The notes beneath the pieces are model-generated. The model made no database searches. It was not told where the DNA came from and saw only the letters and a list, made by a program, of their open reading frames with translations. From NCBI GenBank assembly GCA_024626585.2, contig JANKJI020000002.1, forward strand, positions 239,581,497 to 239,616,767: a stretch of 35,271 nucleotides of DNA, read 5' to 3'. The position numbers and the translations under genes are program-made. This document shows positions 1-13,104 of the stretch, one piece after another. Every line of letters begins with the position of its first letter. Position 1 is the first letter of the stretch. The DNA is from Ginkgo biloba. Taxonomy: Eukaryota > Plantae > Ginkgophyta.

Positions 1-159
1 AATAATAAATCAACTTGCATTTGGAATGATTTGAATTAATGTACAAATTGTAATCATATTTCATACAATATAATGCAATCATTAATAAATAGTATATTTA
101 ATTAAAAAAAACCTTCAATGGGTATTATATCAATATTAAATGCTTTCAAAATTTGATGG

Positions 160-190
160 GTGGCAACTATTTGCCATGGGTATGAACTAG
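160..190 (+). mobile_element. Probable Helitron 3' terminus (subterminal hairpin + CTAG)
   Basis: Hairpin TGGCAA-ctat-TTGCCA (161-176) lies 10 nt upstream of CTAG (187-190), which is followed by T. Upstream sequence is very AT-rich. This matches the canonical Helitron 3' end structure. Confidence 0.5.
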
Positions 191-649
191 TGTTATACTA
201 TAAAGTTGTGCGGAATTGAAGACACCCACACGTGTAGTGCTAGCTCACACCCTTGGTATGGGGAAGCCTATCGGCTCAATGGTAATATGAACAACATATG
301 CAAATATATATAAGGGCTCCAAGGGCACATGTTTTACAATAAAATCCCTTCAAGTGTAAAGAGTAAATTGAGCATCCCAAATACCAACAAGCATAAATCA
401 CTAGCGAATCAACCCTTAGAGGCCACCCATAGAGGCCACCATACTATGGGTAGAGCCATGGTCATCATTCTTTTTATTCCCCTATAGTATTGAGAAGTCC
501 AACTCATTGTTAGATGGCAACCATCGTCTTGTTTTTCTTCTATAGGGGCCTCCCAATCATCACCTAGGTGTGCCACTTAAAGTGGAATGGGGGGCATGGC
601 GCCATTCTTGGGTGGATACTTGTAGGGAGGAGGAAGACTTCACTAGTGG

Positions 650-3374
650 TTGAAACATGCATATTTGGAAAGAAAAGTTAGCTTCCTTTTCCTACAAAGT
701 CACATTGGAGATCATAAAGGAGGTTATAACTAGTTTATTATAATATGTGTGGACTAATGAGCATAAATTATTTAGGAGGATCATGTTGTTTTCTCACTTT
801 TGTGCATGATTGGTCAAGAATGTGCTAGGGATACTTTCTAAAATAAAATTTAGAGGCATTAAATTTCTTTAATATTTTCAAATCCTTAAGAAAAAATTAA
901 GTAGACACAAATATCCATACTTTAAGAATGGATAATGGAAGAGAATTCACATAACATAATTTTTAGATATTTTATGCAAGATGTGGAATTCAAATATAAC
1001 TAACAAATTCATTCATGCCTTAGTAGAATGGTGTAGCTAAGAGACTTAATAGAATATTGATGGGAATGGAAAGAGTAATATTAGAATAAAAGAAGATGTA
1101 GAAAAAAATTTGGATTGATGCAGTTAACATGTCCATTTGATAAATAGATCTCCTATAATAGTGGTTGAAGGAAAAATACATTTTGAATCTTAGATAAGTA
1201 TAAATCCAACTACTTGACATTTCAAAATATTTTTATCTACCTTTTATGCATTGATTCCTAAAGAAAAGATAAATAAACTTGAATCAATTAGCTAAAAAGG
1301 AATAATGGTTGGATATGATAATTGAAAGGATACAAAATCTATATTCCAAAGTAGCATAAAGTAATTATCAGAAGAGATGTAGTAATTGATAATCAAGATG
1401 CAGTGAATAAATATGAGATAGAGTATCATATTTTTCAATAACAAAATAATTTAGAAAAGAAGGAAATTTTTAAATAAGAAGTAAAGATAGAATAAATATG
1501 ATATAAAATTAAATATGGTATAAAACTTGACTTAGGAAACAAAATTGGAGATAAAAAGAAAGATACGTTAGAAAATTTTCATAAAGTTAACCTAGAAAGT
1601 TTTGAACCTCTAAAAATTAACTTAGAGTACTTGGAAGAATCTCTAGTTAAATATCCTAAGGAAAAAAAATCATTTTTGTATGTTTCAAACATACCTAAGT
1701 GGGAACAATAGGTGGCATTGAGTACAAAACCTTATGAACTTATACTAAGTGGAAGGATAATTTCTCATAAATTTTAGAAATGGGAATACAAATAGGACTA
1801 AGAATAGGAACAAGAAAAACAAAAATCTTTGACAAATTTAATAATAGAACCAACAAAATTTTAGGAAGCATCAAGTTAATAAGAATGGAAATATGCAATG
1901 GAAGTTGAATATAAGAAATTAATAAAAAAATAAAATGTAGGTGCTAGTTGACTATACACAAGAAGTTATGTCTATAGGTTGAAGGTGGGTTTATATAATA
2001 AAGTATCAAGTAGATGGATCAGTAGAAAAATACAAATCTAGGTTGGTGGAAAAAGGATATGCTCAATGAGATAGCATTGATTATGATGAGACATTCACAC
2101 CAAAAATAAAATGGAATACTATAAGAGTCATTATGGTGTTGTTGGCATCTCAAATTGGATGGAAGTTATACCAATGGATGTAAAAGTGCATTTTTAAATG
2201 AGGATCTCATTAAGGAGGTATACATGTTTCAACTTCAAGGATTTGAAGAAAGAGGTAATGAACATAAATTTTATAAGTTTGTGAAGGCACTTTAAGGTTT
2301 AAAATGAGCACCCACAACATGGTATTAAAAAATGAATGAATACCTAAGAAAAGATAATTTACAAAAATGCAAAGTTGATGATAATTTATACATGAAAAGA
2401 GTTGTAGATAATATGATCATGATCATTTTGAATGTGGATGATTTGATCATTATAAGTAATAGTGATGACTTGATATATTAGGTAAATAATAAGTTAAAGA
2501 AATATTTTAAGATGATAGATCTCAGACTTCTTCATTAATACCTTAAAATTAAAGTATGCCAAGAATATCATAGAGTATTCATATCATAAACCAAGTATGC
2601 AATAGAGTTACTAAAGAAATTCAGAATAGAGGACTATAAACTAGCAATTATAACAATGTAAAAAGGGTGTAAATTATCATAGGAAAATGTTGGTGGAGCT
2701 ATGAACATGAAAAAATGTCGACAATTAATTAGTAATTTGATATATCTCAGTACAACTAGACAATATATTTCTTGTACAAATGGAGTCCTTTTTAGATTCA
2801 TGCATTCTCTGAGAGAAAATCATTATAAGGAAGTAAAGAGAATCCTTATACATATTTATAGAATAATAAAATTTTGGCTAGAATTCATCTAGAGAAATAC
2901 ATTCAAATTAATAGCCAAGGTAGAATTTATGATAGAAATTTAACATTTGGATATTTGATGTAGATTGGGTCAATAATCATTTATTGGTATAGTAAGAAAT
3001 AGATGATAGAAGATTTATCATCAATAGAAGAGTACATTGTTACAACTAGAGTAGTATGCAATATTACTTGGTTGTGATAGATTCTTTTAGATTTGGGTTT
3101 TCCATAGAATAAACCTACTCCCCTCTAGATTGAAGAACATAATGTAATCAAGATAGTGAAGAATCTATTGTTTCATGCAATATCAAATAAAATATAAACC
3201 AAGCACCATTTTATTAGAATATTGGTCTAGGTAAAGTTAGTGGATATGAATTATTATCCTAGTGTCAACCTAACATCAGATCTCTTCACCAAACCTTTGG
3301 GAAGAGAAAACATTAACATCTTAAGAGAGTCTCTTGGAATAAAGGATAATACTTATTATAATAAGGAGGGAAAA
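650..3374 (+). mobile_element. Degenerate Ty1/copia LTR retrotransposon pol (integrase-RT-RNase H), many stops and frameshifts
   Basis: Hand-translated motifs occur in copia order. Integrase: ETCIFGK (~653), FLTFVHDWSRMC (~790), LRMDNGREF (922), **NGVAKRLNR (1021, = QQNGVAER). RT: EWKYAMEVEY (~1885), DGSVEKYKSRLVEKGYAQ..IDYDETF (~2012-2097), MDVK (~2175), NVDDLII (~2432). RNase H: KHHFIR (~3200), SDLFTKPLG (~3276). The polypurine tract AAGGAGGGAAAA is at 3363-3374. Confidence 0.93.
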
Positions 3375-3690
3375 TATTATGAATTATTGAATATATTTAA
3401 TAATATAATAAGTGTCACCATGTGAGATAAATTAGATTTAATAAATATAATTTAAAATTAGGTGCACAATTAGGTGGTGGGTAGTTATACATCAGTTGAA
3501 TTATAAACCGTATTTAATAGGGGAAGCCATTTTTGTATGCAAGTTAGAGAATATTAGATTTCTATTGTTGATTATGATAATATCAATTTATTTTCTATTC
3601 CACTCAAGTTCTTCGGATATTCCTTTGAATGTGCTCACTCCCTTATAAGTCCTTATGCAAACTCCTAGATAGATAGGAAATCCTACAAAA
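3375..3690 (+). repeat. Decayed 3' LTR of the copia element (right boundary approximate)
   Basis: Begins immediately after the PPT with TATT (likely TGTT with G>A). Non-coding and AT-rich, with TATA-like sequence near 3500-3520. Confidence 0.45.
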
Positions 3691-4109
3691 TGAATGCTAT
3701 AAGAGATGAAAGAATTATATATATAATACAAGGAAATAAATATGATAATAAAAGAAAATTATTCATTGAGAATATAAATCATACACATTTATTGAGATAT
3801 ATTTGAGACATAATATAGAGATATACAATTGATCAAAAGATAATATTGATTGATAAAGGTGTTAAGGTGGCTAAATGTAACACTCTTAAACCAAGGAAGG
3901 ATTGATGACCTAGATGGATGTAAACCCTTCTCCCTTATATTCTTCAAAATAACTTCTCCCATAGGATATGAATTATATAAATGACTCAATAATGTGTTAT
4001 GTTAATTTAACAACATTACACCATAAAATATATGACAAGAATAAACCAAGCCTTCTCAATAATAAATAATTATTAATTATAAATAAAACTAGATGATACA
4101 CTATGATCA

Positions 4110-5225
4110 AAGATTCCCTATGCCTATTGGTATTGATTCTAAGAGACATATATGAGATGAGTTAGGACCCATTACCTTAATGATTATAGGTATACTAGTT
4201 GCATAGGCTTACCCAAGTTCTTGAGACTATATGTATAAATATTACAAAGGCAAGGCTATGTGTGTAGAATAAATATGTAATTGAACCATAATAAAATATG
4301 GTTTTGTATGGTTTAAGTTGTGAATAAAGTACCATATGTCAATATAATATGATATAATGGGACGCATAGTAGAATAAACATAGGAATTAATGGTAAATGA
4401 TGCATAAGATAAGGAGCATGTGAAGTAAATGAAATGGGCTATAATAAATGCTTTATAAGGTGTAAAATGGAATGTAAGTATCAATGAGTGTGAAGTAATG
4501 AATGAGGTATTCATACAAATGGTTATTGAAAATGCATGGATTAAAAAAATGGTGATAATAGATATATTTATAAAAGATAAGGATAGAATAAAAATAATTT
4601 CAATAAAAAATTGAAGAAAAATCACTCAAATAGGAAAAAACATACAAAATCATATAGAAATTAGAAATTAAAATTTTTTTGATAGTAAAGGTTAGAAGTT
4701 TTGAGTTCTATAAAAATATATTTAGAAGATAACTTAAATAAGTAAAGTTATATGTGGTTAACAATAAATAAAATTGATGAACAAAAATCAATTGTAAAGC
4801 TAGCATACACATACAAGTATATGCATATATCTAATTAAAAGGATAAAGGTATTGTTAAGATAAAACATGTGAAATATTGATTAAGGAAGAAAATTACCAA
4901 ATATGTTGATAATACAAACCATATAAGAGTTATTTTTAAGAAAAAACTTTGGAAAATTAAAGTAAATAATGGAAACTTATAATGAAAAAAATTTGAAGAT
5001 GCAAAGTGGTATCCATAAAATAAAAAAATTGAGCTTAAGATAAGCTTGCTAGATTAGAATGACTCTATAAAGTCCCATTTTAAGAAAATAGAAAGAATAT
5101 TCCAAAAATGAAGAAATGTGGATAGGTTTATAAATTAAAAGAGGATCAAATGATTAAAGTGTTTAAGGGGAAAGTTTGATACACTAGAGAAATAAAAAAT
5201 TCCATTAAAAGGTTAAGCCAATAAT
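4110..5225 (+). mobile_element. Very degraded Ty3/gypsy integrase-like remnant
   Basis: Only faint motif traces are visible: 'GP..YRYILVA'-like near 4165-4200, and 'GPYKV'/'NG.RLKP'-like traces near 5060-5220. Purine-rich strand bias matches the other pol remnants. Confidence 0.3.
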
Positions 5226-8200
5226 TGGAGANNNNNNNNNNNNNNNNNNNNNNNNNNNNNNNNNNNNNNNNNNNNNNNNNNNNNNNNNNNNNNNNNNNNN
5301 NNNNNNNNNNNNNNNNNNNNNNNNNNNNNNNGGGGTTGTTAGAATAAACAATCCCTTTTTTAATACTTTAAGGTGGACCATATTCAAGACTTTGACAATG
5401 TAGAAGCTTTTGGGCAAAGGAAAAGAAAAACCTATAAAAAAATAATGTAAGACTAAACTAATACAAACAAAATTTAAATAGAGATAAATGATAGAAAGAA
5501 TTTTGAACGATAAACATATGGCTAACCAACCACCTCATCCCACCAAAGGAAAAAAGAAAAATGAAAAAAAAGAAAAAAAGAACTCTTCATTGTTTCTTTT
5601 TATTATTTTTCCTCGATTTTTTTAATCAATTGAATTATACCCTTTTCTTGGTCTTATCAGTTTGTTTTTAAGTTGAATATGGCTACTATGGTAGGGTCTA
5701 TTGGAAATCCAACTGATAGTGCAAGGAGCACTCCCCCAATGTACAATCAATTTCATGAGGTGGTTGATATAGTAGCACACCCTTTGAACCTACATGACAA
5801 ACAAGATATAACTTACGATAAACAAAAGCAAAACAAAGATGTATATATATCCATACATTGGTAAGAATATTTGTTTCAAGCATGATACACAGTAATAATC
5901 ATCCACACATGTTGCAAGTATTTATTCATGTTAATTTATGATATGACTATGCAAAAAGTAGACATATGATAGGTTTCAAAATGGAAATTGTTAGTACTAT
6001 GGGTGACTTGCGATCAGGACTCTAGCCTCTACTGTTGGCCATGAGCACTGCCTAATTAAGCCTACTATGTTGNNNNNNNNNNNNNNNNNNNNNNNNNNNN
6101 NNNNNNNNNNNNNNNNNNNNNNNNNNNNNNNNNNNGAGTGCTCTGCCAGATTACAACCCTTAACCCAACACTAGTAAGGGTGCCAGGTGTGGGTCTATTT
6201 TCAATCCCTTCTTCGCCATTAGGATTATCCTCTCAAGTAGGATGTCCACTCCACTAGCAGTTTATTCATTATATGAATTTATCGTCTTGCGACTATTGGT
6301 ATGGAACACAAACCCTATGTGTGCAAGGATGGTGCGTAGAACGGATTCAACTACGACTCCAACAACAACCATAAACTATGTAAATGCACTAGGGTCTACA
6401 AACCCTATGGCTATAAAAATGATCCATGGAGTTGGTCATCTCAAGGGTAAACCAAAGCAATAGCTCATCCCTCTTGAGTATCTTTCAAGTTTCAACCCAT
6501 TGCCAGTCATACCTTAAAAGATGTATACATATGGCTAAGAAATGCTAATGCACAATCCAAAATAGGGTAAAATAATCCCCCAATAGATTACTTTGACTAA
6601 ATCCCATGTTGTCATAGACGAGTTTGTAGGGTTCCTACAAAAAGTAGGGAAAAATCACGTGCATGGTGTAAAGGAGTAGTTTCCCATGTCAATAAATGTT
6701 GTTTNNNNNNNNNNNNNNNNNNNATAAATGACTATAAATGCATCACAAAAACCCTTTAGTTGGAGTTGCCCTACTTTGTACGAACTGCTTTTAAAAACTT
6801 AAGGTTTCAACTGTTTACATTAATTTATCTGAATAGTTTTCAACATTTTGCCTCATTCTATCTATATTAATTTTTGTAGAAATTTTTTTACGAGTTTATA
6901 ATAATTTATTTGTAATTTGGAAATTTGTAGAAAATGATAAGGTTTTTGAATACTCGTAGAATCTAGGAATTTACACAAGCAGAAAGGTCTTGTTGAAGAT
7001 TCCAAATTGGTCTATGAATACAAGCACCTTGCGACGGTACTTTCCAAGTATGTGAGAGCAACTCACATGGGTTTGATTAGACACAGGGTAATCATCACAA
7101 AGAGTGGAGGTATGTTGAGATGGAAATACTCGAAGTGCATAAATCACCACCTTGCCTAGAATCAACAATTGGAATTGACTTGCACCAAAGTGATTGCAAA
7201 ATGGAAAGTCAGAATCATACTAGATGGATTACTTACAAATGAGTGCAAATCCATAGAACTAAGGAAGAGTCAAGATGACCCATAGAGGATAACCAACAAC
7301 TAGTGAAGACAGCATAGGTAGGGAACATCGAGTAATATTCTGCAGATATAGGGCATAGCCATAGTGTAAGAAATCTAGGTCATAGTATCGAACTTTGAGG
7401 AGTCTCAATATGAAGTAGTGGGCGACTCTACTAGGTTCATTTGCCCTCCTAATCGAAAACAACNNNNNNNNNNNNNNNNNNNNNNNNNNNNNNNNNNNNN
7501 NNNNNNNNNNNNNNNNNNNNNNNNNNNNNNNNNNNNNNNNNNNNNNNNNNNNNNNNNNNNNNNCATTGCCCAAGTATAATAACAAGATTGTATAATTGTG
7601 TAGGGTACAAGAGAAAGGAAATGAAAAGAATTTCGAGAAGAAACGGGAGCATATTTGTAAAGACACCAGAAAATAAAAGATGACCAGAAGGAGTGTACAA
7701 GGATAATTAGATATACAAATATTGTTAAAAGTGTACATAAGAAGATAATTTAGAGGGCACATAATTATTGGACTACACAAAAAGGAGTAGAGCAAAATCG
7801 CATTCAAACGCAAAGTTTGGTAGCAAAATTGCCAATAAGGAAAGCAGAAGTATCAAGATGGGGAGAGAAAGTTCGACCAACTTATCAAAATAATTATGAT
7901 GCAAGCAAAGATAGACATCTACACAAATTCAGAGAAGTCAAACAAAAGAAGAAGTTCTTCAAGAAGAAGTTGAAAAAGTTGAAGACAATTCTAGACAACT
8001 TGATGTGAAGAACAATGAAATATATAATTGTTTGAATCAGGTTGAGCAAGCTGAGGAAGTTGTCAAATTTTTGAATGATAGATATGAACATCTACTATTC
8101 ATAAAGTTTTGTTCAGGATATATAATGAGGCTGAAAAGAGGATAGAAGAGTTGGAGAACAGAGAGAAGGTGGAGAAGCAAATGCTTTTTGGATGGATTAT

Positions 8201-9499
8201 AATACTTTGGAATTGAAAGATGTGGATAGGTTCATTTCGGACCTTGCAAAGCTAGATTTTGCAATTAGCTCTTTAGCACATGATTATCAATATGAGGCTA
8301 GAAGGATAAAGGGGCTAATGAAACTCGTGAACTTCACAAAAACAAAAATAAAGCCAATTGATAAATCTTTAGCACCATCTACTTCACAACTTTGACAAAA
8401 CATTTGATACCTATTCAAAGAGGATTACATGGAAGTAATCTAAAATCCAAGGTCAGATAATGTATAGGAATAGTTGCTATGTTTTGGAGTGTTTTGTAAA
8501 AGAGTATTCCAAGTTTGAAAAAAGCATATTCTTGTATGAAATAGGTAGATGTTTAAGCCTATAAACACTATGTAATTGTAAATATTCACGATGGGTGAGA
8601 GCATTACGGAGTTGTAGAAGATGGGGAGGTGTATGACTGTACGTCCCTTCGTGGTTTGTTTGTAAAGATTTTCGTCGATGAATGGAACAATCTTTTGGTT
8701 GAATGAATGTGTTATTATTGTTAACAAGTGAATTGTGGTTGTTGTTGAAGTTGTTGATTAAAGATTAATGTTCGTAATACCTAAACAATTGTAGAAAATT
8801 TACCAATTTATGTATTTTGGAATTAAATGACAGTGCTAAAGTTCAAGAAATACTTATAGTAGCAAAGACTTATCGAATGATTTGTTGAAACCAATTGTTC
8901 AGAATGCTTGTATGCTAAAAAACATCCAAAAACAACCAAAGAAAGTGTTGCGACTTGGTTTGGAAATGAATCTGGGCATAATTCTCTTGAGAAAAACACT
9001 TGTTGGGTTCCTTGGAAGGGTTGTGACTTCTTCAAGGGGTTTGTTGGACCCCACTATGGTGTAAAAATGGAATCTAATACCTTGAATGAGGTTGCCTTAG
9101 TCTGTAGAAGAAATTTGAGCAATAAAAAACCTAACTGTACAATGAGAAACCCGACTCCAAATATGTAAGAAATAGACAGTGTCCAAAAACAACAACTTTC
9201 ATAAGGGAGATTCTTCAGTTTGAATTAAAAAATGATCAAGAGGAGAGAAAATGCCTTCAAAGAATAATAATAAGATGTCTTAAGGGTTGTCTAAGCTTGG
9301 ACAAGCCCTTATTATATCATAAGCTAGGCATCATCTACCACATAAAGGTGACAATTGGCTTGGGAACTACCCTTATACCCTAAGGAGCCCTTTCTTGCCT
9401 TCCACTAGTTGAAATTACATCATCAAGGGAGATGCCCCTAACTGGAGCACCTAATTGGCCATCCTCTTCATAATTTCCCCTTTCTTTAATACTTTCTTT

Positions 9500-11880
9500 G
9501 GGGTGCTAGCCAATAATTAGAAAATGCATGCATTGGCCTCTAAAGACAACTTAAGCTTATTCACACTTATGGAGAGAAGATTTACTTGACTTTCCTGGGT
9601 TGTAACAAAATCAATACAATTGTGAAGTCTTGTGGCACTGATATACCTTGAAATGGATACATTCAAGAGGGTCTCTATGGGTTGAATTTCAGACTAATTG
9701 GCTAGCCTTATGGTATAATTAGAGGGAATGTACTCTAGTTCTCCTACTTGTATCCATGTGGATTACGGAAGGATGTTTACACTGGATCCACCATCAATGA
9801 TTGTTATTGTTTTGATGTAATTGAAAATTTAAATCAACACCTTGGTATCCTCATCTAGTTTTTTTGTTAAGTGGATGGTTTTTTAGGCACAGGTGCTAGC
9901 AGGTTGCTTTTCTTCCACTATTTATTGACTGTAGCTAACATAATGTTAATATTCAACTCCGTACATAACTTTTGTAGCAGTTCTATCTTCTGCTCCTGTT
10001 TCAGATTAGTGGAAGAGGGAACCATGCTTGTAGAGTGTGGCGGCATTGTTGTTTGTTTATATTTTCATTCGCACACTTGTTTCCCTTTCTTCATGATGTC
10101 TGATATATGTGTAACAAGTGGTGGTGGTTTTTGCTATTTTGTTGCCTTTATGTCCGCTTTTATGGTTTCCACTGCCTCTGGAAAGGCAGAGTTGTCTGTT
10201 TGGGTTTTTCTATCTTTTTCCTACTTTTGGTCTCCAAGTTTAGCTAGCTAATATGATCTGGAATCGTGGTGAGGAGATTTGATGTTTGTTGATTTGTAGG
10301 ATTCTTCTTGCAGTTCTCCCATTCGTGATCACTAGGTCCATATTTCTCACAAACGGAATGTCCTTTGTTTTCCCCTATTGGACATTCATAACAAGCATGC
10401 CCTCGTAGTAACCATAAATGGTAACTTATCTCTTTGGTTTTGCCTTTATATTTTGTATATTGGCGAGGAGCATTATTGGAAGACCTTTGATAATACATAT
10501 TGCAAGTTTTACCGCCACAATGGCCACCTTTTCCTCCTCATTGAGCCCCCTAGTGATGCTTGTCAAAATAGTGATTCCCTACGTTATGTGTGTCGACTTT
10601 ACAAATGCCCCAACACTTGAGCTTCCTCTTCAGGATACATGTTCCATGCATGCCCTTGTTGGTTGCACGAGTGGGCACTAGACATAAGGCCAAGTGGTTG
10701 TTGCTCCTTTTTGTCAAAATTTAACAATCTTTGTTTTCAAACTTGCGATGACTAGGCCTTTCTATTGTTTTTGAAGCCATGAAGTTGCTAATTCTTATTA
10801 TACTCAACCTCTGCATAAAGAGTTTGTGACATAAGTGCTAGTAGAAATGTGGTTGTCATTGATAAATTGATTTCCGAATGTCATTGCAAGATCTTGTACT
10901 TGTTGGTAATTGTCATTGAACGTAAGCTAACCATATTGCGTACNNNNNNNNNNNNNNNNNNNNNNNNNNNNNNNNNNNNNNNNNNNNNNNNNNNNNNNNN
11001 NNNNNNNNNNNNNNNNNNNNNNNNNNNNNNNNNNNNNNNNNNNATAATAAAGTTAATGTCTAGAGAAGACCCCACTAGGACAACTTCATGTAGGTAGAAA
11101 CTTAGCCTATAGAAGTACCTATCTGAGCTATAAAACTCAACAGAGTAGGTTCCATATAGCTTGTAGTAGACAATTGTGTAGTATTGGCTAGCTGATTTTC
11201 AAAAGTTATGGCCATGTTTTGCACTTGTTCGTAACTTTGCATTGGGTGCATGAGAACAAAATTTTGAATGTGGGGTAGTAATCCTTGTACAAATACTTTC
11301 AATAGATCTAGTGGGGAAGGCTGATCCCCTTGTTGGAACTTATTTAGAAGGATGTGCTTGCGTCCACCACAATCTTTAATTGATTCATCAAGCATTTGCT
11401 GGATTTCTTCTAACACTTGAATCAAGGTCAATGGATCTCGTAACCTTTAGACCTAATCCAAAATTAAGGTCTGAATTTTGATGCTTATATATTCATACCA
11501 CGCAATGGAAGGTCCATAGAGGGTATTGAAACTTGAGCCTTGATTTCCTGCTCATTAACGATGTTTTTTAATTCTAAGTCATCCTTAAACAGGGCCAAAT
11601 GGTCGGTTGATTCTCTTGTTTTGTTGTAATGCAACCTAGGGAAGGCATGGTCATTTTGGACTAGAATGTATGGTGGCTAGTTGTTATGGTCAGGTGGTTC
11701 CATTAGGGGCTTCATTTTGATTTGCCATATCATTAAATAGGGTTTTCAGATGCATAGAAAATGGAGTTATTGATGTTGGCGGTCTGTTTAGAAATGAGCC
11801 TAATTTCAAATCACGAGTTGTTGAGTCAAATTTATTTGATAACAGTTGAGTAGTTGTTGTTGGAATAGAACATTGTACAC
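9500..11880 (-). mobile_element. Ty3/gypsy gag-protease remnant (Gag core, four CCHC zinc knuckles, aspartic protease)
   Basis: ORF 11431-11102 has the Retrotrans_gag pattern (LEEIQQ..ESIKD..R..LL.K...FVQGLLP). Degenerate CX2CX4HX4C motifs lie between 10310 and 10680. Protease motif IIDGGSSVNILP is at 9801-9766, followed by 'TIRLAN*SEIQPI'. Confidence 0.85.
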
Positions 11881-11889
11881 TATACACGA

Positions 11890-13104
11890 CTATTCTTTGT
11901 GAATATAGCAGATTGATTTAGGAGTACATTGTATCCAATATTCCTTTGTGGATTATTGTAGTGTGATTGTTATGTGAATGTTGATTTCCTAATTTACTAG
12001 TGATCCTAAACTCAACATTTGGTATTAGAGAAAAGTTCCAGGTTCGGGTTAGGAAATCAAATGCAGGTGCTTGGAAGTGAAGGAAATCCGTTTTCCAGGG
12101 CGTCTTTGTGTAGAAGAGCAAAAATTGAGTTTGTTGGAGTGTTCCTATGTGGCAACGTTGAGGTTTCTAACTGTGGCATCCTTGTTCAAATCCTAGCAAA
12201 GAAACGGTGGTGGAAATCGATTATCACTATGCAAAGAAGTGTCTCTGTTGGCAACGCGAGAAATTGTGTTTCTCTTTCCTTAGCGTCTATGCTTTGTACC
12301 ATCTTTTTTTGGCGTCCATTGTGGGGTGATCGAATCTGAGTTGAACAAACTGTGGTTGTGGCATCTGGCATCTTTGAGACAAATGCGACAGAGTTTGAAG
12401 ACTGTGGATGGATAGAAAGGAAGTAACGCCTCACATTGGAACACTCGGTAGATCTGTTGGAACGTAGGATGGGTGAAGAAATTGTTGTGTAGCACCATGG
12501 TGGATAGTGCCTCCTTCTAAACAACGAAGAAACGTGACCCCTTACGGGTTGTTGAATGGCAGAAGAATGACGTCGACAACAGTTACATACACCTGATTGA
12601 GTGCAGCATAAGCATGGTGGACTAGCCCGAAGATTTGCAGATAGAGGACAGAGGGATTTGAGCTATTTCAAAGTCGTCGAGGAGTGATTCATTCAAAATT
12701 TCGCAAAAAAAAATTTCGATTTCGAGCGGCAGACAAGTGGCGTGAAAGTTCCAGGTTTCATTAAAAAATTTTCGAAATTCTTGTAATGTTTGAGGTTTAT
12801 TAAATTTTCGTCAATTGTTGTGAAAATTGGCGTCAAGTGATTTAAATTTCTTTCCCTTAATTGATGAAAAAGTTCATGTTTTGAAGTTGAGTGTCAAATT
12901 TTTGTCTTTTTGACACTGTTCATTCTAGAATGTTTTTTTTAGCATTTTCAAGCATTTTTCAAGTGGATAACTGAATTTTTTTGAGTCCTAAGTTATCCAT
13001 ATTTATAGTTCATCATTTTTTGAGCCATTTAAACCTAATTTTATTGTCCAAAATACCATTTTAAGTAAAAAATTGTTGAAATTGTAATCTTTTTCTTTGT
13101 GAAA
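11890..13104 (+). mobile_element. LTR 3' end, tRNA-iMet PBS and CpG-rich internal leader of a separate + strand LTR element
   Basis: LTR-type end CAACA at 12013-12017, 2-nt spacer, then TGGTATTAGAG at 12020-12030 (canonical PBS TGGTATCAGAGC with C>T). A non-coding GC/CpG-richer leader follows. Boundaries are approximate. Confidence 0.6.

Noticed and set aside
4242-4625. Hydrophobic 127-aa ORF resembling a membrane protein (similarly 7259-7813 and 9871-10251)
   Set aside because: These are antisense translations of purine-rich TE sequence; the F/I/L/S richness is a compositional artefact.
5545-5615. Imperfect A-rich/T-rich inverted repeat (terminator- or MITE-like)
   Set aside because: Low-complexity pairing in eukaryotic DNA, with no TIR/TSD evidence.
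12019-12524. Overlapping 70-112 aa ORFs
   Set aside because: No recognisable motifs; expected by chance in the GC-richer leader.
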